From Macrostomum lignano (lineage: Eukaryota), in contig NIVC01000187.1 of assembly GCA_002269645.1 (NCBI GenBank), forward strand, positions 1 to 64,000: a stretch of 64,000 nt of DNA, read 5' to 3'. Both the position numbers and the translations under genes were made by a program. Positions 47,101-58,967 of this stretch are shown here, piece by piece (position 1 is the stretch's first letter; each line of letters opens with the position of its first letter). Below the pieces are notes generated by a model, which ran no database searches, had not been told where the DNA came from, and saw only the letters and a program-made list of their open reading frames with translations.

Positions 47101-49701
47101 ACACAAAACATAAAATATGGGTCAAGGTACTGAGGAGCTGGAGCAGACATTTCTGGAACTTTTGGGACACCCAAAGTGTCCTGGTCTCGTCAGGTCCCTG
47201 ACACGCAGCCAAACCCTGTGCTGCTCCACGCCCGCAGGTTCAGTACATGCAGTGGACCAGCTGGTACGCAATCGTGCCAATCATTCTCAGCACGATGGGC
47301 ATTCTATCAACCTCCTTCATCATCGCCACCTTTGTTCGCTACAACGAGACTCCGCTAGTGAAAGCATCCGGCCGAGAACTGAGCTACCTGCTGCTCTCGG
47401 GATGTCTCGTCTGCTACCTGATGACTTTCCTGTTGATCACCAAGCCGACCGGCTTCACCTGCGCCCTGCAGCGCATCGGCATCGGTCTCGGCTTCGCCAT
47501 GATCTACGCCAGCTTGCTGACGAAGACCAACCGCATCGCCAGAATCTTTGAGGCAGCGAGCAGAAGCGCCAAGCGACCGCCGTTCATCTCGCCGAAGTCG
47601 CAGCTGCTGATTGCCGGAGCTCTGATCAGCGTCCAGCTGGCGTGCACCCTCATCTGGCTGGTGCTGAGCCACCCCGGCACCAGGATCCACCATCCGCAGC
47701 GTCTCGAATCGATTCTGCGCTGCAAAATCGACGACAAATCGTTTTTGGTGTCGTTGTTCTACAACATGATCCTCATCATGGTGTGCACCTACTATGCCAT
47801 CAAGACCAGGCGGATTCCTGAGAATTTCAACGAGTCCAAGTTTATCGGCTTCACCATGTACACCACCTGCATCATCTGGCTGGCCTTCGTGCCCCTGTTC
47901 TTCGGTACGCACTCGTCCTTTGAGGTGAGCAGTACCGGACCAACTGATCTGCTTTCTGACGTAGCTGGCTCCTACTATTAGTAGCAAGTATTGAGGATAT
48001 TTCGTCGCATTGTGCTTATCTTTAGTAAAAAAATAGCCATTTATTATAGAGTAGACTTGAGAATTCTAGCCGGCTGCACCACAGCCAGCCTCCCAGATCC
48101 TCAGTTGCTGGGCCAGCCTCCCAGATCCTCAGTTGCTGGGCCAGCCTCCCAGATCCTCAGTTGCTGGGCCAGCCTCCCAGATCCTCATTAGTTGCTTGGC
48201 CAGCCTCCCAGATCCTCAGTTGTTGGGCCAGCTTCCTACATCCTCCAGCCTCCCAGAGTGTCAGTTGCTGCTCTGTGTTTCAGGTGCAAATTACAACGCT
48301 ATGCGTCAGCATCTCTCTGTCAGCGTCGGTGGCTTTGGCCTGCTTGTTCACGCCCAAGATCTACATCATATTTTTTCAGCCTGAGAAAAATGTTCGCAAA
48401 CTGACCATGAACTCAAATCATTACAAAAAACAGGCGTCGAGCAGTGCTGGAAGTTATGCCAATCACAGTGAGTCATTAAGTCGTTGGATCATTGGGTCGA
48501 TGTGTCTTTGGGTCGATGGGTCATTGGGACGATGGGTCATTGGGTCGATGGGTCATTGGGTCGATGTGTCTTTGGGTCGATGGGTCATTGGGACGATGGG
48601 TCATTGGGTCGATGGGTCATTGGGTCGATGTGTCTTTGGGTCGATGGGTCATTGGGACGATGGGTCATTGGGTCGATGGGTCATTGGGTCGATGGGTCAT
48701 TGGGTCGATGGGTCATTGGGTCGATGGGTCATTGGGTCGATGGGTCATTGGGTCGATGGGTCATTGGGTCGATGGGTCATTGGGTCGATGGGTCATTGGG
48801 TCGATGGGTCATTGGGTCGATGGGTCATTGGGTCGATGGGTCATTGGGTCGATTGGTCATGAGGTCGATTGGTGATTCGGTGAACTGTGTCAAACCAAAA
48901 TTTTTCATCATAGAAGAAGGCGGCTCAATAGAGGGCGACTCAAACTCCACGACCCTACGCACGGCACTGCCGGGTCAGCTGTACAGGTCAGCCGAGGACA
49001 GCCTCAATGATGACCGCTCAGCAGTCAGGGACCACCGATCTTCAACCCTGGCCAATCCAGGTATTCTAATCAAATCTCGCAGTTCAGAAATTGACGGAAT
49101 CGACAAGGACGAAGACGCTATGGAGGACGGTCATCGGCCTCTTCAGAAGCACCTGTTTGTCCAGCATCACCTTGAAATGCAGCAGCAACAACAACAGCAG
49201 CAGCAGCCTCACATCCAGCAAGCCTCCGAGCAGCTCCAGACACTGGCTAGACCCCATCGGGGCTGGCCGCCAGTGCTGGACTGTCAGGCGTGGGGTGGAA
49301 GGTCCGTTGGCCACGGACACGAAAGCTGGAATTCCGGCCCCTCTGCTGGGGTTGACCCTGGTGGACCTGGTGGCAGGCTCACCGACATGCCCTCTGCACA
49401 CTCACGCGGCGACGCGGTGGTGCAAGGCCCCTGTCCTATGGTGAGCGGGGCATTGACGGCTGGCTGTGCCATGTTGCAGTCAGACCGTTCCCGTAGGCCC
49501 ATTGACCAGGTGACCCAGCGGGGCCGGCATCAACAACAACAACAACAGCAGCAGCAGCAGCAACAAGAGGAGCCAGAGAAGCAGCCACTGCCGTGCTTCC
49601 GAGAAGGCCCGTCGCCCATCCTGCAGCACACGCACGCAGTGAGTCCCAATTCCACAGACTCGGACAGCGCAACCTACCCGTACGAGGACGGATTCGTTTG
49701 A
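30644..49701 (+). CDS. Metabotropic glutamate receptor (class C GPCR, group II-like); exons 30644-32102, 44538-44929, 47238-47924, 48284-48467, 48914-49701; 1169 aa
   Basis: Signal peptide; Venus flytrap motifs GDIFLGGLFPIH, RGIQRMEAM, VANLLRLFSIPQISYASTS; Cys-rich domain; 7TM with TPLVKASGRELSY and KTRRIPENFNESKFIGFTMYTTCIIWLAF. Splice phases sum to 3510 nt. Confidence 0.95.
33342..33639. mobile_element. 298-bp hAT-like MITE carrying a 28S rRNA fragment
   Basis: Perfect 14-bp TIRs CATACATGCGCAAC; perfect 8-bp TSD ATATGAGA (33334-33341 and 33640-33647); subterminal TGCGAC and TCGGCCGA repeats. Confidence 0.9.
33469..33532 (+). pseudogene. Degenerate 64-bp fragment of 28S (LSU) rRNA, helix 69 region, spanning the R2/I-PpoI target site
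   Basis: GGGTAAACGGCAGGAGTAACTATGACTGTCTTATAACGCCAAAATGCCTCGTCAGCTACTTAGT compared with conserved 28S GGGTAAACGGCGGGAGTAACTATGACTCTCTTAAGGTAGCCAAATGCCTCGTCATCTAATTAGT. Confidence 0.85.
35320..36640. repeat. 19-bp minisatellite TCATAGCTCATAGAATCAG
   Basis: Directly visible. Confidence 0.97.
38100..38156. repeat. (GATA)n microsatellite
   Basis: Directly visible. Confidence 0.95.
38950..39630. repeat. 31-bp minisatellite GTGACTGATGCCCGCGTCAGGACGCTTCAAT
   Basis: Directly visible. Confidence 0.95.
40320..40920. repeat. 13-bp purine repeat GAGGATAGAGAGG
   Basis: Directly visible. Confidence 0.93.
41850..41887 (-). ncRNA. Minimal type I hammerhead ribozyme, mirror copy on the minus strand
   Basis: Exact reverse complement of 41994-42031. 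Confidence 0.8.
41994..42031 (+). ncRNA. Minimal type I hammerhead ribozyme (PLE-type)
   Basis: UGC-CUGAAGA-U-GGCUA(GUUU)UAGCC-GAAA-CGCGU-C^GCA: intact core, 5-bp stem II, self-complementary ACGCGU stem III, GUC cleavage triplet (cut after 42028) and 3-bp stem I. Confidence 0.8.
43330..44490. repeat. 26-bp minisatellite CTAGCTCAGCCAGTCACTCTGCAAAT ending at the mGluR exon 2 acceptor
   Basis: Directly visible. Confidence 0.95.
45170..45640. repeat. Expanded 21-bp array GCGGCGCTAAAATGAGTGCCT plus unique tail shared with the MITE at 16592-16869
   Basis: The tail GACAACAC(C/T)GATTCTGAAAATAATGTACA...AGAATTCTTGGCTTTGT occurs at both loci. Confidence 0.85.
46372..46628 (-). mobile_element. tRNA-derived CORE-type SINE, apparently full length
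   Basis: On the minus strand: A box TAGCCTACTGG, B box GGTTCGATTCC, a MIR/CORE-like block TGTGTCCTTGAGCAAGACGCCTAAC...CAGCTGTAAAATGGG, and a 3' hairpin GGTTGCACAT/ATGTGCAACC (46395-46420). Confidence 0.8.
48484..48855. repeat. 16-bp minisatellite GGGTCATTGGGTCGAT, mGluR intron 4
   Basis: Directly visible. Confidence 0.95.
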
Positions 49702-50242
49702 GCGCTGATGGATGAGCTCGAATCTTGTCAATTTTTTTTCTCTATTCAGCTCCATGCATCGATCGTTATTTAAATTTCTGCGAGCGAAAGTTACTACACG
49801 TAATTGAGGTTAAGCAGGTTTAGTAGCGAATTTCAGAGCTTATAGACTTTGGTAACATTGATGACGTTGGCCAGCAGCGTCAATAATTGTATCAAACTAT
49901 TCCTGGCTGTCGACAGAGTTTGGCACCTTTGCACACTCACACGATGTTTCCTGTTATTTTTGTGTTTTTTTAATTAGTCAGCACCTTCCACAATGTCTGT
50001 TCTTTGTTGCAGTAAAACTTTGCATATCGAATTTTGCTGTCGTACAAGGCTTAATAAGATTTTGTCAATGAAGTATATACGCGCACAATGTTGTTTTGAT
50101 TGTTGGTCCTTTGGATCACCTTGCAGATGCCAGTTTTTCTGCATGTTTTGCTTTCGGAAATTTACTGAAAGATAAGTAAGATTTTACAATTTCTGATAAT
50201 GTAGTGACTCTTGGAGCTTTTTAGTGACTCTTAGAGAGTCTA

Positions 50243-50907
50243 CTAGCAATCTAGTGTGGCCCCCTTCGGGGCGCCCAATAAGCAAGGAGCAAAAATAGTT
50301 CATTGAAAACAATTAAAAAAGCACATTTTCTTAAGAACCAATTCCTTCTTCACTTTTAAAAATCACATTCGTGTAAAATTGACACGGACAAAGATGTTTG
50401 CTATGAATCACTTTTTCTCTAAAATTAACAAACAGACAACAACAAAATATAGCTCCCCCTAAATAGAAAATATTCCCAAGACAGCAAGCATCACCGCAGA
50501 TAGCAAGCATCTGCAGATAGCAAGCACCCCCCCCCCCAGATATTATAGAAGCATCCACCCAGATCGCAAGCATCCTGCAGATAGCAAGCATCCCCCAGAT
50601 AGAAGCATCCACCCAGATAGCAAACATCCTGCAGATAGCATGCACTCCCCCAGATATTAAAGAAGCATCCTGCAGATAGCAAGCATCCTGCAGATAGCAA
50701 GCATCCTGCAGATAGCAAGCATCCCTGGACAGAAAGAATCCCATACATGTAGCCCGTACCCCCTCCCAAATAGCAAGTAGCTCGTACCCCCCCCTCCCCC
50801 TCGAGAGCAAGCATCCTCCAGATAGCAAGCATCCACGAAACAGCAAGTAGCTAGTGCAAATGTTACCTCCGCTAATGCAATTATTGCTTTCTCAGGTTGT
50901 GCAACGA
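50243..50907 (-). mobile_element. Possible non-autonomous Helitron with internal 18-bp repeats
   Basis: The minus-strand 3' end has a GC hairpin (GCCCCGAAGGGGGC) followed by CTAG..CTAG|T. A candidate A|TC 5' end at 50907 is uncertain. Confidence 0.4.
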
Positions 50908-50949
50908 TCCACGTCTCAACGAGCGCAATAATCAGCTTCTCAGCTAGTG

Positions 50950-51745
50950 CAATAATCCTTTCAAATCTAGTGCAATAATCCTTGGCTTATCAGGTGCAGT
51001 AATCCTTGGCTTATCAAGTGCAATAATCCTTGGCTTATCAAGCGCAATAATCCTTGGCTTAGCAAGCGCAATAATCCTTGGTTTATCAAGTGCAATAATC
51101 CTTGGCTTATCAAGCGCAATAATCCTTGGCTTAGCAAGCGCAATAATCCTTGGTTTATCAAGTGCAATAATCCTTGGCTTAGCAAGTGCAATAATCCTTG
51201 GTTTATCAAGCGCAATAATCCTTGGCTTAGCAAGCGCAATAATCCTTGGCTTAGCAAGCGCAATAATCCTTGGTTTATCAAGTGCAATAATCTTTGGCTT
51301 AGCAAGTGCAATAATCCTTGGTTTATCAAGCGCAATAATCCTTGGCTTATCAAATGCAATAATCATTGGTTTATCAAGTGCAATAATCCTTGGCTTATCA
51401 AGTGCAATAATCTTTGGCTTAGCAAGTGCAATAATCCTTGGCTTATCAAGTGCAATAATCCTTGGTTTATCAAGTGCAATAATCCTTGGCTTATCAAGTG
51501 CAATAATCCTTGGTTTATCAAGTGCAGTAATCCTTGGCTTATCAAGTGCAATAATCCTTGGTTTATCAAGTGCAATAATCCTTGGTTTATCAAGTGCAAT
51601 AATCTTTGGCTTAGCAAGTGCAATAATCCTTGGCTTATCAAGTGCAATAATCCTTGGTTTATCAAGTGCAATAATCCTTGGTTTATCAAGTGCAATAATA
51701 CTTGGTTTATCAAGTGCAATAATCTTTGGCTTATCAAGTGCATTA
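50950..51745. repeat. 24-bp minisatellite TGCAATAATCCTTGGCTTATCAAG (resumes at about 52700-52735)
   Basis: Directly visible. Confidence 0.95.
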
Positions 51746-51799
51746 ACCTACAGAAAGTGCATTTCTCGCCTCTTTCGCAGTCTCATCCTTTTCCCGAGG

Positions 51800-52700
51800 A
51801 ACAACAACTTCTATGGTAATTTATCGGTTGTAGGAGGACTGAGAACCATTTCTCAGTCCCCAAACGAGGCCTGAGAAATAGTTCTCAGTCCTGCTATAAA
51901 CAGTTGTATTTAACAAATGTAAACCAACAACAGGAAGTTCAAATAGTAAGATTTAGAAGCGTCTTGTAAGCACTCACTCAAAAACGATTTCAACGGTGTT
52001 GGTGTTACCATTGATGTTAAGCGTCATTTTCTTTGCAGGATTAGCGGTCACTACGTTACTTTGTTCCATAGCTTCAACAGAGCGTTCAGGCTCGGTGTCA
52101 ATAGACAGACTTGATGACTGACCACCAGATTGAAGAGCATGCGATACTTTAACATGGTCTTGTACGTCAAACTGAATATAGCGCTCAATAGCTGTCGAAG
52201 AGTGTCCTGTAACACGAGCGATGTCCTCTCTAGCAAAGCCAGCACGGTGTAGAGTACTTGTAGAATCCATGTAGAATTCGATTGTGTCGCTGCTCAAACC
52301 ACTGGTCAAAAATTCTTACAGCCCATAGTTCCTTCCTTCGCGTATTTGGTGGGATAGCAGCGTCCAGCTTCCCTTGTATTTCGTCAGTCGAGACCGTAGC
52401 GAATCGATCACTACCAGCAGCAGGATTCGTTGCAGCGGATTCTTTACTTTCAAAATATCGTAGCACTAGATCTAAGTCGTCTTCCATGGTTCTATTATAT
52501 ATGCAAATGGATGGACTGCTCAGTGCTCCATCTAGGTAGACGATTTATAACACTTTAGCCAGTCAGTCACATAGCTTGTGCCATAGACTAACTGTACTGG
52601 ATATTGATGCGTATTTTGCTTTCAGTAGGTTAAATATTTTCTCCTCCTTTTTCCAAATGTCTATGGAAAAGGAGGAGAATGTATACATAATACTTCGTTT
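51800..52700 (-). mobile_element. Internally deleted Crypton-like (tyrosine recombinase) transposon
   Basis: N-terminal piece RFATVS.DEI...IPPNTRRKELWAVRIFDQW (from ATG 52487) is fused out of frame to the C-terminal piece STLHRAGF..EDIARVTGHSSTAIERY (to 51974). The core R and HxxR motifs are absent. Hairpin at 51835-51892; boundaries approximate. Confidence 0.7.
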
Positions 52701-52734
52701 ATCAAGTGCAGTAATCCTTGGCTTATCAAGTGCA

Positions 52735-53345
52735 GTATTCTCAGTGACTCTTGGAGATTCTCAGTGACTCTTGGAGCTTTCTAGTGACTCTTAGAGATTC
52801 CCAGTGACTCATGGGGATTCTCAGTGATTTTTAGAGATTCTCCGTGATTTTTAGAGATTCTCAGTGATTTTTAGAGATTCTCAGTGATTTTTAGAGATTC
52901 TCCGTGATTTTTAGAGATTCTCCGTGATTTTTAGAGATTCTCAGTGATTTTTAGAGATTCTCAGTGATTTTTAGAGATTCTCAGTGATTTTTAGAGATTC
53001 TCAGTGATTTTTAGAGATTCTCAGTGATTTTTAGAGATTCTCAGTGATTTTTAGAGATTCTCAGTGATTTTTAGAGATTCTCCGTGATTTTTAGAGATTC
53101 TCAGTGATTTTTAGAGATTCGAAGTGACTCATGGGGATTTTCAGTGACTCATGGGGATTCTCAGTGACTCATGAGGATTCTCAGTGACTCATGAGGATTC
53201 TCAGTGACTGATGGGGATTCTCAGTGACTCATGGGGATTCTCAGTGACTCATGAGGATTCTCAGTGACTCATGGGGATTCTCAGTGACTCATGAGGATTC
53301 TCAGTGACTCATGGGGATTCTCAGTGACTCATGGGGATTCTCAGG
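52735..53345. repeat. 20-bp minisatellite TCTCAGTGATTTTTAGAGAT / TCTCAGTGACTCATGGGGAT
   Basis: Directly visible. Confidence 0.95.
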
Positions 53346-53974
53346 ACCTTCAGACATTTTAAGTGACTCCTAGAAATCGTCAGTGACTTGAGAGAGTGAG
53401 CGAGAGTGAGAGATTCTCAGTGGTCGAGTGTTTTTGCGCTTCTATCTGATATTTACCGAGGTAAGAAATCACCGTTGCTACTCTAAGTAGTTCATTTCAC
53501 AAATTTGATACTCAACCCCGCACGGGTTTAAAAAAAGAGGCTCGATCAATGCTTACGACAGCTGAGCATGTCGTCTTAAATTTTCAATAACTATGTATGC
53601 TTTATCGATAGCCATGGATCGATAGTCACTCCAGATGTCTTACAGTCGACAGAATCCCATCAAAGTTACTATGAGCTAACTCTATTGGGGACCAGCCATC
53701 CTATCAGAAGAACGATAGGAAAAAGATAAATAAATCTATGATAAATAAAACACTTGTATCCTTCCAACCATTCGCAAGCTCGAATTCGACAAGATTTGGT
53801 TTGCGTCGCTAGCCAGCTCTGCTTTTCTCACATTTTCCTGGCTTAGCAACCTCGCTACCTTCCATCGATTTTATTTGAGCATGGGAGGCCAGGGTGCTCA
53901 GTGATTAGTTTCAATGAGATGGCACACGAGTTGTTAGCACTGCATAGGCAACTAGCTCAAACAGCCAATATGGT

Positions 53975-54540
53975 CCATCATCCATCCATCCATCCATCCA
54001 TCCATCCATCCATCCATCCATGCATCCATCCATGCATCCATCCATCTATCCATCCATCCATCCATCCATCCATCCATTCATTCATCCATCCATCCATCCA
54101 TCAATCCATGCATCCATCCATCTATCCATCCATCCATCCATCCATCCATCTATCCATCCATCCATCCATCCATGCATCCATCCATCCATTCATCTATCCA
54201 TCCATCCATCCATCCATCCATCCATCCATGCATCCATCCACCCATCCATCCATCCATTCATTCATTCATCCATCCATCCATCCATCAATCCATGCATCCA
54301 TCCATCTATCCATCCATCCATCCATCCATGCATCCATCCATCAATCCATCCATCCATCCATCCATCCATCCATCCATCCATCCATCCATCCATCCATCCA
54401 TCCATCCATCCATCCATCCATCCATCCATCCATCCATCCATCCATCCATCCATCCATCCATCCATCCATCCATGCATCCATCCATGCATCCATCCATCTA
54501 TCCATCCATCCATCCATCCATCCATCCATTTATTCATTCA
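53975..54540. repeat. (CATC)n microsatellite
   Basis: Directly visible. Confidence 0.97.
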
Positions 54541-54780
54541 TCCAGACAATACCAGACTCGCTCCAACACAACAGGCATTGACAACGAATAACCGCAGCAA
54601 CGAAGTCTTAATAACTTGAAAACAACAGAGATGTTAATATGGGAGTCCAGAAATTGAAAAAAGAAGTTTCAGAAAAAGCCTTACTATATTCCTTCAGGAA
54701 GTTGGATGTATTTAACGCAAACTCCAGCTATCTTAAAATTTAATGCAGAAAGCCCCAATTCATCCGTGGACGGTTACAGA

Positions 54781-56503
54781 ATGTACATTTCTAGGCTTGG
54801 TCAGGTAGGAATGAGCTACCCGATTTGTCCTATCCCAAACTGATAGCGCACCGGTAAGGAGCGAGACTGACGTAGATACCTCTCCGGACAGAATGGTTTG
54901 GCCAGTGATTGTGGATTAGTTGGAATAGCCAATCGGTGATTGAAATAAGCAAGGTAAAAAACAGAAGTCGAAATAGGACGTCTTAATTAGTCTGCTAGGA
55001 AAGCATTTTACAAAATACAAGTGCAAAAATAAGGGGATTTAAAAAGCAACCGTTTGATAAAAATGATTTTTTCGTAAAAGTCCAAAAGTTTCGATGCGAC
55101 AAGTGGCGCAAAATTCTGTTTGCTGTTTTCGTTATTCTACTGGTCTACGCCGCAATAACTCAGATAGCGACGCTGTCGACAAAGACAAGCAGGCATCCGG
55201 TTTTTCTTGCCACCTTGTTCAATGCATTCAACAGGAATGGAGGAAATGCTACTCTGATTCAATCCGACTTAACATCGAAATTACCAAACAGAAAAGTACA
55301 ATTGAAACCAAAGACTTGGCTGCCGGCTGTCTGCGCCAACGAGAGCTGCCGGCTGGACTACGAGACGAGCCTGCACAAAAGTGGCATCTTCCCGATACCG
55401 AAGATCCGGCACATTCTCTGGCGCAACGAGTTCGTGTCCAAGTACTTTGTCGAGCACATAAAAACTTGGCAGAAACTTCACCCCGATTGGATCCACGTGC
55501 TGTGGCGCGACAAGGATATGGATCCATTCGTGGCTGAAAATTTTCCCAAACTGTTGAAGCAATTCAAGTCTCAGAAGATGCACATCATGAAGGTTGACAT
55601 GTTCCGCTACATGCTGATGTATAAGGTAGGTAAAGCACTATCGAGCATTCACAGAATACTGAAACACTATACTAGTCACATTATATTATTACTGCATTAA
55701 CAACTACCTTTTACGCTCGTACAGCATGCAGTTGACTTCTTTTTAAGCGGAAATCATACATACATATTTTTGGGTTTTTGAAGCTCGGCGGCACATACGC
55801 GGACCTGGACTACAGCCTGACGCGAAACCTGGACGAGTTTCGTCGCTTCTACGCGGTGGTCACTCGCGAGCCGGAGACGCACTCGCTGCAGCTGTTCGGA
55901 CCTCACTGGCCCATTAGACCTGTGGCCAGTCCCGCCTTCCTCATGTCTGCGCCAGGGCACAAGTTCTACAAGTTTGTGCTCGACCAGCTGTCTCTCATTC
56001 AGCCGAACTGGGACATTCTCGGCTTTGCTGGACCAGTTGGACTGACGAGAATCCTAGAGCGGTACAATGCCAAGCATCCGCTGACAAACGACTCGATGGA
56101 AGCGGTGTACGTGCCGCCATCGTTCAGCTTCTATCCGTACGAGAACAACTCGTTGAGCGGCGTTTCGACGAATTTTCGAAACTATCGACTGTCCAAGATG
56201 AGCATTAGCTGCAGGAAACTGAACGACACCAAAGACTCCAGCATGAAGCTTCTCAGAAAGGTGAAGAACCTAACGCAGCTGTGCTCAAACATCACCAATT
56301 ACAACCCTGTTACAGACTCGTCGCCAACTGTGTACGCCGTTCACGACATGCGGAAGAGCGAAACGAGCTGGGGTGGCACCGCGATGAAAACTCGTGAGTA
56401 CGCCCTCGAACTGGTTAATGTGTCTAAAGTTTTGAGTGACATCAAAATCGGTTTCTTTTTTACGAATAATTCTGTTTCGAACTTAAAAAGACTAACTTGG
56501 TAG
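54781..56503 (+). CDS. GT32-family (DXD, SUR1/OCH1-like) type II membrane glycosyltransferase; exons 54781-54804 (tentative), 54999-55625, 55784-56503; about 456 aa
   Basis: N-terminal TM helix WRKILFAVFVILLVYAAI; IPKIRHILW, TWQKLHPDW and DMFRYMLMYK|LGGTYADLD (DXD) motifs; GT-AG intron in frame. Confidence 0.85.
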
Positions 56504-58967
56504 CTATGTTTACATTCCTTTGATTTTTCACTGTGTTGTTGGTCATGTATCGCTAGCCATTATGCAGTACGAGCTGTGTCAGGTTATACTATAAGCTTAA
56601 ATATAGCATTTTGCAAGCTTTGTAGTAAAGAATACGAGCAAGCAATTTAATCCAAGATAGCAAAAAGACATGCATTTTGAGCCTCACTGCTAGTTGTCTA
56701 TGGTAAAAAGTGTGTCACACCGGCAGGCAATTTAATCCTTGGAGCACTCATTTTAAGCACTGAAATCCATAAACAGCGCTGTCTATGCCGTTCCACTCTC
56801 AGTTTTGTCAGACGAATGTGACCAAGCTAGCACCATTTTTGAAGACATCGACGGAATCGCTGCCAAAGATGCCGGGGCGCCACCTGTGCAATATGCTAAG
56901 ATTAGCAACAAAAAGCATAGATTGATAATCGACGCTATCGACAGAGGCTATAACAACAGAAGCATTGCCAATTTAGCACGCAGGCAAGAAATCGCACAGG
57001 CTGCATCGCTGGGGAGGTGATTATGTAACTTACTGAAGTCTAAACGTAAATGTAAAAACTTTTCTGTCGTGTGTTTCTTTATATGTAGGTTTCGTTAAAT
57101 GAACTTTTTCTTGCTGAACCTTGTTCTACGTCGTAACTTTTTCATATGGAGCTTCCTGGTTGGTTTGGTTAGAGGCATGCTTAAATGAGTGCTCCAAGGA
57201 TTAAATTGCCTGCCGGGTCGACACACTTTTTACCATAGACAACTAGCAGTCAGGCTCAAAATGCATGTCTTTTTGCTATCCTGGATAAAATTGCTTGCTC
57301 GTAGCAATCAATTAAAATGCTATATTTTCAAGCCAGTCAATTTAAGTAAGCTAGAGCCGTTTCTAATATGTTACTACTGATTGATTTATTGTGACTTATG
57401 TAGTTTATGTTATTTTATATAATTTATGTAATGGAACTGCTTATCCAATTAAGATATCATATCGTACGTGCGTGTATTCTTTAATTCAATAAACCACAAT
57501 AATGAATCACTTGAACTGCTTATGTGGCTGAAGAAGTGTATTATTTTCTGTTTTCACATTTAAGTCTCAGATAAGCCACTCCCTTGATTGGTGAAGCTTG
57601 GGGGAAGCTGTGAAAGGCTGTGAGCAAATTAACTGGCGGCTCCATCGAATTCGATTATTCTATTTAGATGCATTCAGCATATTATCTGCGTTAGAGTACT
57701 CGAGCACTCATGAGCTCGAGGCACCCGAAATCTGTAGACGCTGCTGGTAAATGTGTACGAGCTACTTTTTTCTTTACTCCGACGTTGTAATGCCACGTAA
57801 CGTCGTCTACGCGCGTCGGCGTAACGAAAAAAAACTACGTTACGTAGTTTGTACTCGACTATTTGGATTATACTATTTTGATTACACTTTGATTATACTA
57901 TGGATTATACTATTTGTACTAAACTATTTGGCTGCGAGGTCCATTAAAATCGGGCATGTTGGATGTGTCGGAATGCTAAACGGTCTTTTGAGCCCCCCAA
58001 AAAGCCTGTTTTGCAGTTCATACCGATTCGGAAAAAGCCCAAATCAAAGCGCAGACTGTGTGCGTCAGATACATTCATGTGAATGTGAATGTAGTATCCA
58101 TGTGAATATGGAAGCTCAGGTGTCAGCAGCACAGAAAACTGCACTTGCCTTTCCGCTTGGTTGTGGGTATTGTCGCACAACCGGCAAGAGGCATTACTGC
58201 CCATCCTGCCGATTCCCCTGAGCAGGCACACAGGCACGCGGATACGTACGCAATCATATCCACAGGCACACACCCACACTTTATTTATCGTTAGACATGT
58301 ACACTTCCCAGCGTCTTTGAGGTTAAATCCACGAGCAGAGCCAAGCCGAGATTCCAATTTAGTCCCAAAAATTAACGTGAATGTACTTTAACATCTGAGC
58401 GATGCGCTGCACCGCTAGGCTACGGCTCTAGCTCTTAATTTAACCAGCTAGCTCTGTGAGCTCTGTGAATAATGAATGACTACTACGACTTGCTCGTATT
58501 GGAACGCATGCAGATCTTTTCTGTCAATAAAATGAGCCAATGTCTCAACCGGTAGCCAGTCTGATGATGAGCACTGCTAACCTCCCTGATCCCTCGCGGG
58601 TAAGAAAGTCTGCGGGAGTTCCATGGCTGACCACAGGCCGTTCCAGGTTGGCTGTGGAAAGAAAGCCTTGCCTTGCATCAATTTTACCGCAAAATAAAAA
58701 TATTGAAGCAGACAATTAAAACTGCCTTTTCTGATGAATTCAAAATGCTAACGTACTTAAAATAACTAGGAGTTTTTCATCTTTCAATCGTATGCTTCAC
58801 ATTGTCTGTTTCACATAGTGCATTATTATTGATTAGAACATCAAGACATACTTACCATGCTGTTAAAAAAACAAATGACAAGTGGGATACAAAGACCCAG
58901 ACCCATGGCTCACAGGTGTATCTAGTTCGTCTCTAAGGAGACTAAAGGGAGTCAAGGGGAGACAGGT

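Noticed and set aside
56805-57020. Possible helix-turn-helix fragment of a transposase
   Set aside because: Too short, with no catalytic motifs or terminal repeats found.
5171-58740. Other CTGANGA motifs (for example at about 5172, 40128, 58561 and 58732) as hammerhead cores
   Set aside because: None is followed by a stem II and GAAA in the required arrangement.
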